Origin: Amphiscolops sp. MND2022 | Taxonomy: Eukaryota | Length of the DNA stretch: 64,000 nt | NCBI GenBank assembly: GCA_964187785.1 | Contig: OZ076409.1 | Location: forward strand, 18,354,001 to 18,418,000 | Reading direction: 5' to 3' | Part shown: positions 53,659-63,949 of the stretch, piece by piece | Position numbering within the stretch: position 1 is the first letter of the stretch | Layout of the letters: every line of letters starts with the position of its first letter | Position numbers and translations under genes: made by a program | The notes under the pieces: generated by a model | Seen by the model: the letters and a program-made list of their open reading frames with translations, nothing else | Told to the model about the DNA's origin: nothing | The model's database searches: none

Positions 53659-54675
53659 TTTTTAGTCGGCGCTTTTCGAAGAAAAACGCAGACTATAGTA
53701 GTGACTTCTTTTTTTAAGACCAACGAACTGACAGATTTTATAAATTTTATAAGTTGGCACTAAACCGGCACTAACACTAAACTGTGTCACACTACTTAAC
53801 TGCCACTTGGCCATTGCGGCTTTTTCGAGGTCTGATAAGCAGAAGGACATGGGTTCGAGTCCCGTCATGACCAAAAATTTTTTATGCAAATTTTTTTCGG
53901 CTTTGTGAGACTTTTTTCGCAAATATCTCCAAAGGGTCCACCCTTCATTTTTTTGTCTATTTGCAAAAGAATGGATGTTAAAAAACTTCCAAAGGGCCCC
54001 ATTTTACATGTTTCGGCACTATGCGACTTACGGGAGACCAAAAAAATTTTAAAAATTTCAAAAAACGGAATTTTTTTTTCAATTTTTCTTCAAACGGGTA
54101 CTGTAGAAGAGAATACTTGACACTTTGAAGTCCTTTTGTTATTTTTGAGCCTTAGATATGGCGCCGACTTGGGCCGTTTCCGGCTTGTTTTTTTTAAGAC
54201 CAACGAACTGACAGATTTTATAAATTTTATAAGTTGGCACCAAACCGGCACTAACACTAAACTGTGTCACGCTACTTCACTGCCACTTGGCCACTACGGC
54301 TTTTTCGAGGTCTGACAAGCAGAATGACATGGGTTCGAGTCCCGCCATGACCAAAATTTTTTTGTGCAAATTTGTTTCGGCTTTGTGAGACTTATTTCGC
54401 AAATATCTCCAAAGGGTCCTACCTTCATTTTTTTGTCTATTTTGCAAAAAAATAGATGTTAAAAAACTCCCAAAGGGCCCCATTTTACATGTTTCGGCAT
54501 TATGCGACTTACGGGTGACCAAAAAAACATTTGAAAATTTTCGAAAAAATTCGGAATTTTTTTTCAATTTTTCCTCAAACGGGTACTGTAGAAGAGAAAA
54601 CTTGACACTTTAAAGTCCTTTTGTTATTTTTGAGCCTTAGATATGGCGCCGACTTGGGCCGTTCCCGGCTTGTTT
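53659..54675 (+). mobile_element. Helentron-like non-autonomous element (HINE) with a 480 bp tandem duplication, inserted in a T tract
   Basis: Subterminal IR agtcggcgc (53664-53672) / gcgccgact (54646-54654); 3' hairpin gccg-ttcc-cggc then TT; units start at 53711 and 54191; each unit has gggttcgagtccc. Confidence 0.75.
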
Positions 54676-54969
54676 GTTGTTGATTTGTGGTATTCAAAGA
54701 TTTCCAGGCCTTAGAGGCACAACCCTTAAGACGCTTGTCTTTGCATTTGGAGCAACACCACTGAACAGAGGCATTTTTTGAAAGTATTGGTGGGTCCTTT
54801 ACATGAAGCTCCTACATGATCTATGTCACTACGATTCACATCCGTTACAACATATTGAATTCTTTTCCGTTTCCTCAACTCCCTTACAATTAGGGCAACA
54901 ACCATCCGAAACCTACTGAATTGTGTTTTTCGGGCCCATTGTGTCAGATCGCAGCATATTCTCAAGGGA

Positions 54970-55302
54970 ATACAGATAACTAATCTACTGAGCCAGTTTC
55001 AGTTGATGAAGCCTCTTTCTTATTCTCTGATTCGGTTTCTTCCCTATCTTTTATCTGGTTTGTAACAGCGTCGATGATGATAATCTGGGAATTGAATAAC
55101 CACCTTTTGATGCCCCGATGCCCTCCCGGCGACAGTAAACTATTGCTATAATTCTGTCCCGGAACAGCAAGAGATTTTCTGTTAGCTGGTCGATCGAACG
55201 TGGCTGATAGTTATTGCATCTATCGGATAGAATATTCTAGTTTTGTAAGCGATATAGTTTAGCGTTCAATACCGTGAACTAGCGCCAATCATTAATACCA
55301 TG
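54970..55302 (-). pseudogene. Decayed paralogue of the SGNH-like ORF at 63326
   Basis: MVLMIGASS...YKTR and CNNYQPRSIDQL...RIIAIVYCRREG align with MVYIVGASS...YKFR and SNNHKPWTPQQL...RITAVIYCRRFG. Confidence 0.75.
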
Positions 55303-57014
55303 TATTTTGAATTGAGAAGGGAACTTACCAAAAGCTATAAGAAACAAGAAAAAAAGGAACGAACTTGCGAATCATGATAGAGGTCAATTGGCAAGACCAA
55401 CCCGCGGAACAGTCCTAGGGAAGCGCGGGCGTCGGTCTAATGGATTCGGCATACGTCGTCGAAAGGCATGCCTCGGCATGCCTACTGACTGTGGGCGTTG
55501 GTGACAGTTTGTGGCGGCAACTGAACCCGTCATAGTGTGGTGCAAATTACGAACGGCACTAGACCAGTTGGTGTCTCTATACAATCTGAAATTACCGCAG
55601 AACAGTTAGGTTGATAAAATGTCTCAGTGCGTTGAACTATTATTTCGAGAGAAAAAAACATCTACATGAACGAGAGCACCAACCTGTTTCATTTTTCATT
55701 TTCAGTGAAGATAGCCTTCAAGATTGACACGAGGTCAACTGGGAAGGCTATCGGGGGTGATAAAGGTGACCCATGTACAACCATTCAAAATCCAGTAAGT
55801 TAGGCTGAACTCAGTACCCTAGCTTTTGGAAATATGTGAAGTCTTTGACACAAAAAAACCACGAAACATCTACATTTCTTTTCTTTTTGGTACATTTTCC
55901 GGTCAAAATGGACAACTTCAGGTCAAGGGGGTCAAGGGGGTAACATCCGGTCAAAGAGGGGGTTACTTCCGGTCTCTGCGAGTGTCACTTAATGGTCAGT
56001 CAATTTGGAGTTCTTTCTACTTTTGACTCTTAGGAGTTACAGGACTGAAACATGATCTTAAAATGGGTTAAACAGTCAAACAGGGGGGTTTATACGCCGT
56101 TTCCGGCCATTGCGGAACCCACTAATGGCCAACCTGTAATCACTAACTTCCGGGCAGCTATTACTTCAACTTTGATTCCCTGATAGGCGCCTTGAAAACG
56201 ACTCAATCCCGATGAAAATCACGACTTTTTGTGAAAAATGATCTTTTCCGGTCCCAGGGGGGTTGGGATGAAAACAACACACGTCACCTGATTCACCTCA
56301 TTCCGCCCAACAAAACTTCAACAGGGTGCAGGCACGCTAAATCCACGGCTTCATGTTCGAAATTGGCATTTTCCCGAATTTGGGGGTAAAACTGGAGGGG
56401 GTACCCCATTATCTCAGAGGGGGGTGATCATATCACAACCAAAATTTCTCAGCAGATGTATTTTCAGATGCTGCAACGCAACGTAGAAGCAACCAAAATT
56501 GCTAGGATGCCCTGCAAAAAAGTTATAACCGCAAAAACAAAAAAGACGTAAAAACGCAACAAAAATCGCAGGAAATAGTAAAAAGTCGCCTTTAAAGTCT
56601 ATAGCCAGAAAAAATTGCTCCTACACGTTTGTTAAGCTTACTTTCCGCCAGGGCTATGCATAATTTCATCCAAATCGATCGGTGGAAAGTGATGTTTTTT
56701 CATTTTTACCCCCCATTTCCATAAGTTGTTCCATCGTCATAGATGCGGGCATACAGGACCCTGCCCGTCGCCCGCGAAATCTTGGTAGGGTTGCTGCCCG
56801 GACCACCCAGAGACCAAATTTTGACAATTGACCAGAACCTGATTCCAATGAAATGAGAACAATCAATTCAATCAATCAATAACTTCTCTGACTATCTGAT
56901 AAGTTTATCACAACAATTAGGCAACCCACTGAATTATCCAGACACTAAAGCAAAGATTTAAAGCACAAAGGATTCTAAATTTTCCTTCGAAGTCACGATC
57001 TGACGTGCTGACCA

Positions 57015-57090
57015 TTACATTATTATTATCATTGTTGTTATTATTAATTTTTTTATTATTAATACTTTTATTATCATCATTATTATTATG
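57015..57090. repeat. Imperfect (ATT)n microsatellite
   Basis: Runs of att/tta. Confidence 0.7.
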
Positions 57091-58370
57091 AATTTTTGTA
57101 ACGCCCAGCAGTCGGCGTACGAAAATTACAAAATTTCAATGAAAAATTCGAAATGTGCGATTTAAAATGGCCCACCCGGCAGGTACCGAAAATCGTAAAA
57201 GAAGCACAAACTGCACAAAAAACACCCCTACCCAGCCCGAGAGAGAACACCTCGCCAAAGAAGTATTTCCGAAATCACCGTGCGTTGCCATTTCCCTCGG
57301 AAGACGTCCCAGCTAACAGAAGAACCAGAAGAATGGCCCAAAAGACGAAGAATCTCAAAAGTTTGCATACTTTGCATGTGCCACTTGGCAGATCAAAGAC
57401 TAGCTGATACTGACGCCTGATGTTTCTTCAGTCTGTTGTACCGTATTTGTGGTTTTTGCTAATATTTGGTGATGATTGACCCCTACTTTCGTTATTTTAG
57501 ACGTTATTCATCTAACTAAAACGTACTTTAGCTAAACCCTTTTTTCGGACCTCGAAGGTATGTAGAGTCGTAGGAACGTTAGGAACGTTAGGATACGATT
57601 TTACAGGCTTGTGGGACGTGACCGCACTTTGAGTGCGCCGGCACGTTGCCACGGAGCTCTAACTGAGGAGCCTTCTTTGACGTTTGAAAAATTCCCTTTT
57701 AGGAGACCATTTCGGAATTAAGAACTAATGTCTAGGGCTGTAGTAAGACAACGGTCTCCTGTTTAAGCACCTTAGGCATTATCCCACTTCTATGATAAAC
57801 TCTGCAAGTTGGACGTTACATCTAGAATAGTTTTTATGGCGCACCTCAAAGGAGATTTTTCCAACTTTTCCTCGTAATTGGAGTTTTTCCTGCTTTGTCC
57901 GGATCTGGAAATCTTTTTGGAGAGTCCTGGAGTGTTTTTTGCCTTTTTCTAGCTTTACAGGCTTTGTACTAGTGATTTTCCTGCGTTTCCTGCTGTATTT
58001 GCCTGGTCTGAAATGAGAAATACCCAATTTATAGCAAAGTACCGTTTAGATACCGTTTCTGTTTGTTGAAATTAACCCTCCGGTTTAAACGAATTTTGTT
58101 TTAAAAGGTTTTAGAGCTTTTTTCAGCAAATTGGCAACGTATGGGGACCGAGAGCGAGACGTCCTTCACGACCACTCCACACATACCCTATCAGTTGCCG
58201 TACCCACCACGTCAGCCGGGTTACATCGCTATTAAGCTGTTATTAACGGATGAAAAAGCATATTCCCAGGCGTATTCCCACAAAAACTAACGGACAAAAA
58301 CACCCGGCGTTTGTTTGGACCAGTAGTTGAAAAATTCGAGCACAAAAACTTTGATTATAGTACCCTATAT

Positions 58371-58860
58371 GGCTTCGGGCAAGCAGTTCGATTTACTAAG
58401 TTCGAATTTGAACTAGTGCAATAAGTTCGCATGGAATAGTTTCGAGACACCAAGTTCGAATTTTCATATCTGGCATATCCGGTGTAAACTGGACATCCTT
58501 CACACAAGATCCTGAGAGCTCCACCGCCTAGGATCTGAAGGAATCTAAAAACTGAAATGTGGGGCATATCCGGTGTATGCACCCTCGCCCTCACCGTCGC
58601 AAAGACAAGCACCCACTGCGATCTCCGTTCCCGCTAGGTATTTGCTCCTGTTCGACCTCGCTTAGCAAGATGGGAACATAGGCGGCCCAAGGGGCCGCAG
58701 GGCACTAGATGAAATGGGGAAATATCAGAGGCACGTTTTATACTTAGTTCAAAATTCGAACACAGTGATTCGAACTTTTTCCGGTCTTTGGAAAATTCGA
58801 ACTTAGTCCATTCGAAATTAAAATTCGAACTTATGCGTTCGAACTTACTAGTGTGCCCCC
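58371..58860. mobile_element. MULE-like MITE family g (TTCGAA arms) with shared core
   Basis: TSD ccctatat (58363-58370, 58861-58868); core at 58556-58736 (-) lacks the GCGAAGC hairpin. Confidence 0.8.
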
Positions 58861-58868
58861 CCCTATAT

Positions 58869-59195
58869 GTGGGCACAAACTACGATCTAAGGAATAAGAA
58901 CGAAACGCACTTCTGTAATTGAAATCTAAGAACTAAGATCTAAATGTCATTTAACTAAGATCTAGAGAATGTCAGCTCCTGAATTGTAACTAGAGTCTAA
59001 GTTTTCTGATGTTATTCCGGTTTTTTCAGACGTTATTCCCGTTTTGGGATGAAATGAACTCCCACACTCTTCATTAGACGTTATTCTTGTTCTATTTAGA
59101 CCTTAGTTACTGTGCATGCTTTTTGAATCTTAGTTCTTTAGATCTTAATTACGAAATTTCTTTAGATCCTATTCCTTAGACCTTAGTTACGCCCC
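58869..59195. mobile_element. MULE-like MITE (CTAAGATCTAA arms), no core, directly adjacent to MITE g
   Basis: Flanked by ccctatat (58861-58868, 59196-59203); ends gtgggcacaaactacgatctaaggaataag / reverse complement ggggcgtaactaaggtctaaggaatagg. Confidence 0.75.
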
Positions 59196-59898
59196 CCCTA
59201 TATAGCTCAAAATGTAATTTTGTTGATTTTAAAAGTCAAAATATTTCTGAAGCGAATACGGCCACTGGGAATACCTAAAAAACGTTTCAACAGACTTGTC
59301 AAGTCTGGAACCAAAGTTTTTTGTTTAGCTCAAATGTCAGAAAAGTCAAAAATTTAGCGAAACCCTCAAATTGGGCCATTTTGACCAATTTTGACAAGGG
59401 AGCGAAGCGAAGCTGAGCGACGTGCCATATGGCCAATCCTCAATGTTGCTACTTGGCGAGGGAACAGGACGTTTCGGCAAAGACGTTTCGGCAAAAAAAT
59501 GGTTCGAGACGTTTCGGCAAATTTTTCATGCCGGAACGTCCCGTATTATCTTGTTTTTGTTTTTGGTTTTCTACAAACTGGTTAGGTCCACCTTTGTTAC
59601 AATACCAGGTTGTATTCTACAATACCAGTTTGTAGAATTCTCGAATTGAAGAAAAACGATAAGACCATTAATGTAGGAATGATGCAAAGCATGAAACGTG
59701 CCTCGGATATGTCCCCATTTCCTCTAGTGCCTCTCGGCCCCTTGGGGCCGCTTATTTTCCCATCTTGCTAAGCGAGGTCAAACAGGAGCAAAGACCTAGC
59801 GGGAACGGAGATCGCGAAGCGATCGTAGTGGGAGCTGGTCTTTGCGACGGTGAGGGCGAGCGTACATACACCGGATATGCCCCACATATCATACAAAA

Positions 59899-60247
59899 GG
59901 GTGGGCGGAAGTAGGTCGAAGGAACGGGATCGAAAATCAGAGTTAGTCCTCAGGTCGACATACCAAATTTTTTGAATAGGATCGAAACAACTCGGATCGA
60001 AATTTTTTAACGTAGTCAGATATGTTCACATACCCCTAGTGCCCTGAATGCAGGAGCGAAGCGAAGCGGAGCGACGTGCCATATGACCATGCCTCAATGT
60101 AGCTACTTGGCGAAAGGAGCGAAGCGACCGAGCCATACAACAAATACGATAAAAATCGACCGCATTCCATTCAATCCCTGCAATTCGATCAAAAGGTTCG
60201 ACCTCTGTCCTTTCGACCAGAAAAATTCAACCTATTTACAGCCACCC
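59899..60247. mobile_element. MULE-like MITE (GGTCGA/GATCGA arms) with a GCGAAGC-rich 90 bp mini-core; duplicate at 61609-61958
   Basis: 9 bp TSD catacaaaa; TIR gggtgggcggaagtaggtcgaa / gggtggctgtaaataggttgaa. Confidence 0.88.
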
Positions 60248-60295
60248 CATACAAAACGTTTCGGCAATTGTTTTTAGCCTGAGACGTTTCGGCAT

Positions 60296-61047
60296 GGGTA
60301 CAAGACATATTGCCTACTTCCATATTGCTTAATGCCATATTGCTTAATTTAGTGGACATATTGCTTAATAGTTTTTAAGAAATTTGGATAATGCCATATT
60401 GCTTAATTTTGTGGACATATTGCCTAATAATTTTTAAGCAATATGGATGTGTTTTCACATTGAGTAATGAGTGATGAATCGAGTAATGCGTCGGATCTAA
60501 GTGACACTTATAACACGTGCCTCGGGTATGTCCCCATTTCCTCTAGTGGCCCGCGGCCCCTTGGGGCCGCTTATATTCCCATCTTGCTAAGCGAGGTCGA
60601 ACAGGAGCAAAGACCTAGCGGGAACGGAGATCGCGAAGCGATCGTAGTGGGAGCTGGTCTTTGCGACGGTGAGGGCGAGCGTGCATACATCGCATATGCC
60701 CCACATTATATTTTCGCTTTCAGAACACATATTAGATCATAAAGGCGTTAGACCTAAGTATTTTAGATAAAATTAGATCTGAAAGTTAGACCTACCGTTG
60801 AATCTAATTCCATACGACACATATCATACTCAGAACACATCTTAGATCATAAGTCCTATTAGATCATATTAGACCTAAGGTCCATATTGTACTGTACTAG
60901 GTCCATATTGCTTAAAATGATGTCCATATTGCTTAAAATGATGTCCATATTGCTTAAAATGATGTCCATATTGCTTTAAAAATTTTAAACAATTCGTACA
61001 TGGTCGATTTTTAAGCAATATGGCATTAAGCAATATGACTTGAAGCC
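60296..61047. mobile_element. MITE family c, 752 bp; duplicate at 62007-62758
   Basis: 9 bp TSD tttcggcat; same TIRs as 14712-16035 in inverted orientation; core at 60515-60707. Confidence 0.92.
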
Positions 61048-61188
61048 TTTCGGCATGTTTTTTTGCCGAAACGTCCGCCGCCATGTTTTTGCCGAAACGT
61101 CCGCCGCCATGTTTTTGCCGAATCATCTTTTGCCGAAACGTCCGGAATCTCTTGGCGAAGGGAGCAAAGCGACCGAGTCATACAACAA

Positions 61189-61597
61189 GGTAAATGGTCA
61201 CTTGGCTTAATGCCATTTGGCTTGAAGTCATTTGGTTAATACAATTGGTCACTTGGCTGAATTTTTTAAAGCTAAGTGTCTCGGGTATTGGTCACTTGTC
61301 TTAAAGTCATTTGACTTAAAACCACTTAGTTGAAAACACGTGGCAGATTTTGTCGAATTTATCTTTATTACGTAGTCAGCGTATTATTATAACAAGTCAT
61401 ATCAAGTACCCCTCGGATATGTCCGCATTTCCTCTAGTGCCCTGCGGCCCCTTGGGGCCGCTTATATCCCCATCTTGCTAAGCGAGGTCGAACAGGAGCA
61501 AAGACCTAGCGGGAACAGAGATCGCGAAGCGATCGTAGTGGGAGCTGGTCTTTGCGACGGTGAGGGCGAGCGTACATACACCGGTTATGCCCCACAT
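61189..61597. mobile_element. Left arm plus core of MITE family i (CACTTGGCTTAA arms); repeated at about 62874-63115
   Basis: Terminus ggtaaatggtcacttggcttaatgccatttgg has the same layout as the family d TIR; core follows at 61411; right arm not in the window. Confidence 0.7.
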
Positions 61598-63325
61598 ATC
61601 ATACAAAAGGGTGGGCGGAAGTAGGTCGAAGGAACGGGATCGAAAATCAGGGTTAGTCCTCAGGTCGACATACCAAATTTTTTGAATGGGATCGAAACAA
61701 CGCGGATCGAAATTTTTATAACGTAGTCAGATATGTTCACAAGCCCCTAGTGCCCTGAATGCAGGAGCGAAGCGAAGCGGAGCGACATGCCATATGGCCA
61801 TGCCTCAATGTTGCTACTTGGCGAAAGGAGCGAAGCGACCGAGCCATACAACAAATACGATAAAATTCGACCGCATTCCATTCGATCCCTGCAATTCGAT
61901 CAAAAGGTTCGACCTCTGTCCTTTCGACCAGAAAAATTCGACCTATTTACAGCCACCCCATACAAAACGTTTCGGCAATTGTTTTTAGCCTGAGACGTTT
62001 CGGCATGGGTACAAGACATATTGCTTAATTCCATATTGCTTAATGCCATATTGCTTAAATTTGTGGACATATTGCTTAATAATTTTTAGGCAATATGGAT
62101 AATGCCATATTGCTTAATTTTGTGGACATATTGCTTAATAATTTTTAAGCAATATGGATGTGTTTTCACATTGAGTAATGAGTGATGAATCGAGCAATGC
62201 GTCGGATCTAAGTGACACTTATAACACGTGCCTCGGGTATGTCCCCATTTCCTCTAGTGGCCCGCGGCCCCTTGGGGCCGCTTATATTCCCATCTTGCTA
62301 AGCGAGGTCGAACAGGAGCAAAGACCTAGCGGGAACGGAGATCGCGAAGCGACCGTAGTGGGAGCTGGTCTTTGCGACGGTGAGGGCGAGCGTGCATACA
62401 TCGCATATGCCCCACATTATATTTTCGCTTTCAGAACACATATTAGATCATAAAGGCGTTAGACCTAAGTATTTTAGATAAAATTAGATCTGAAAGTTAG
62501 ACCTACCGTTGAATCTAATTCCATACGACACATATCATACTCAGAACACATCTTAGATCATAAGACCTATTAGATCATATTAGACCTAAGGTCCATATTG
62601 TACTGTACTAGGTCCATATTGCTTAAAATGATGTCCATATTGCTTAAAATGATGTCCATATTGCTTAAAATGATGTCCATATTGCTTTAAAAATTTTAAA
62701 CAATTCGTACATGGTCGATTTTTAAGCAATATGGCATTAAGCAATATGACTTGAAGCCTTTCGGCATGTTTTTTTGCCGAAACGTCCGCCGCCATGTTTT
62801 TGCCGAAACGTCTTTTGCCGAAACGTCCGGAATCCCTTGGCGAAGGGAGCAAACCGACCGAGTCATACAACAAGGTAAATGGTCACTTGGCTTAATGCCA
62901 TTTGGCTTGAAGTCATTTGGCTTAATACAATTGGTCACTTGGCTGAATTTTTTTAAGCTAAGTGTCTCGGGTATTGGTCACTTGGCGCAAAGTCATTTGA
63001 CTTAAAACCACTTAGTTGAAAACACGTGGCAGATTTTGTCGAATTTATCTTTATTACGTAGTCAGCGTATTATTATAACATGTCATATCAAGTACCCCTC
63101 GGATATGTCCCCATTGGTTGTGATAAACTTGTTGTGATAAACTTGTTGAATAGTTTCAGACTTTTGATTGAATTGATTGATCTTCATCACATCACTGGAA
63201 GCGTTGTGCAGGACCGATCAAGGCTTTCGGGGGATCTGTGGCTCTTCTGTTGGCTTTTCTCACCAATTGGGTGGACCTATCTAGACAATTCTGTTAGTTT
63301 GTTCCAATTTCCTTATGTGATTCCT

Positions 63326-63949
63326 ATGGTTTATATAGTTGGAGCTAGCTCATTACACGTAACAGTAGAATCAACTACTTACAAATTCAGAAAAACTATT
63401 CGGAACTTCATTACCGCAATACCAGGTCTCAGTTTCTGTCACAACTCGAGACTGAAAAATTTGCAGCATCTTCTATCTCAAGGAAAACTGAAATATCAAC
63501 ATAACCTGCTCCTCTGGCACGACCTGATAAATAATACTTTATCCCCACATTCAAGCAACAATCATAAACCCTGGACCCCTCAGCAACTAGTTACGGCATT
63601 AAAACAGCAAAGTCATCGAATAACTGCAGTCATTTACTGCAGAAGATTTGGGACTGCAGATATCTTTAACCAATTACTGGCTACTGATATGCTTATAATC
63701 CGGGCTGATAAACACCTTCTATCTAACAGAAAGAGGAACAATCATTGGATTAAAACGCAACTTGCAGAAGTGCATCTCTGGGTCCGCATTGAACTGAACT
63801 TGCTACACACGGTTTTACAGCGGAGCAAAAAGCTGCAGTCAATAGTTATTCAAAACCGCTCCAGAACCAGAAAACGTAAATCCAAGAACAGATCCACTTC
63901 CGCGAGAAGGAGGAACAAAAAAGCGAAACAGGAATCTCTAACTGGGTAG
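63326..63949 (+). CDS. SGNH-hydrolase-fold-like protein (207 aa) with a basic tail, carried by a repeat element starting at 63116
   Basis: Intact ORF; block I-like IVGASS, block II-like AIPG, block III-like LWHDLINN, late His (EVHL); RTRKRKSKNR...RRRNKK tail; decayed paralogue at 55 kb. Confidence 0.55.
   Translation: MVYIVGASSLHVTVESTTYKFRKTIRNFITAIPGLSFCHNSRLKNLQHLLSQGKLKYQHNLLLWHDLINNTLSPHSSNNHKPWTPQQLVTALKQQSHRITAVIYCRRFGTADIFNQLLATDMLIIRADKHLLSNRKRNNHWIKTQLAEVHLWVRIELNLLHTVLQRSKKLQSIVIQNRSRTRKRKSKNRSTSARRRNKKAKQESLTG

Larger units (their letters stand above)
59460..61150. mobile_element. MULE-like MITE family h (ACGTTTCGGC arms) with shared core and two nested MITEs
   Basis: 8 bp TSD cttggcga (59452-59459, 61151-61158); TIR gggaacaggacgtttcggcaaa / ..ttccggacgtttcggcaaa; core at 59696-59887. 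Confidence 0.85.
59701..63115 (+). repeat. Recent ~1.7 kb tandem duplication (units 59701-61410 and 61411-63096)
   Basis: Near-identical units; each boundary falls at cctcggatatgtcc, the start of the shared core. Confidence 0.93.

Noticed and set aside
55384..55600. RNase P/MRP or another known ncRNA
   Set aside because: Conserved CR-I and CR-V motifs were not found on either strand by eye
57779..58027. Lys/Arg-rich minus-strand ORF with an acceptor-like tttcag
   Set aside because: No homology recognised and no supportable neighbouring exons
60467..60742. Recurrent ORFs such as ...EVEQEQRPSGNGDREAIVVGAGLCDGEG... (also 62178, 15294, 25981, 58634, 18260)
   Set aside because: Chance translations of the repeated core; starts, frames and lengths differ among copies and indels are tolerated
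63080..63325. N-terminal 82 aa of the 289 aa ORF in the ORF track
   Set aside because: It runs through MITE i, the core fragment and the insertion terminus; similarity to the 55 kb paralogue begins only at Met 63326
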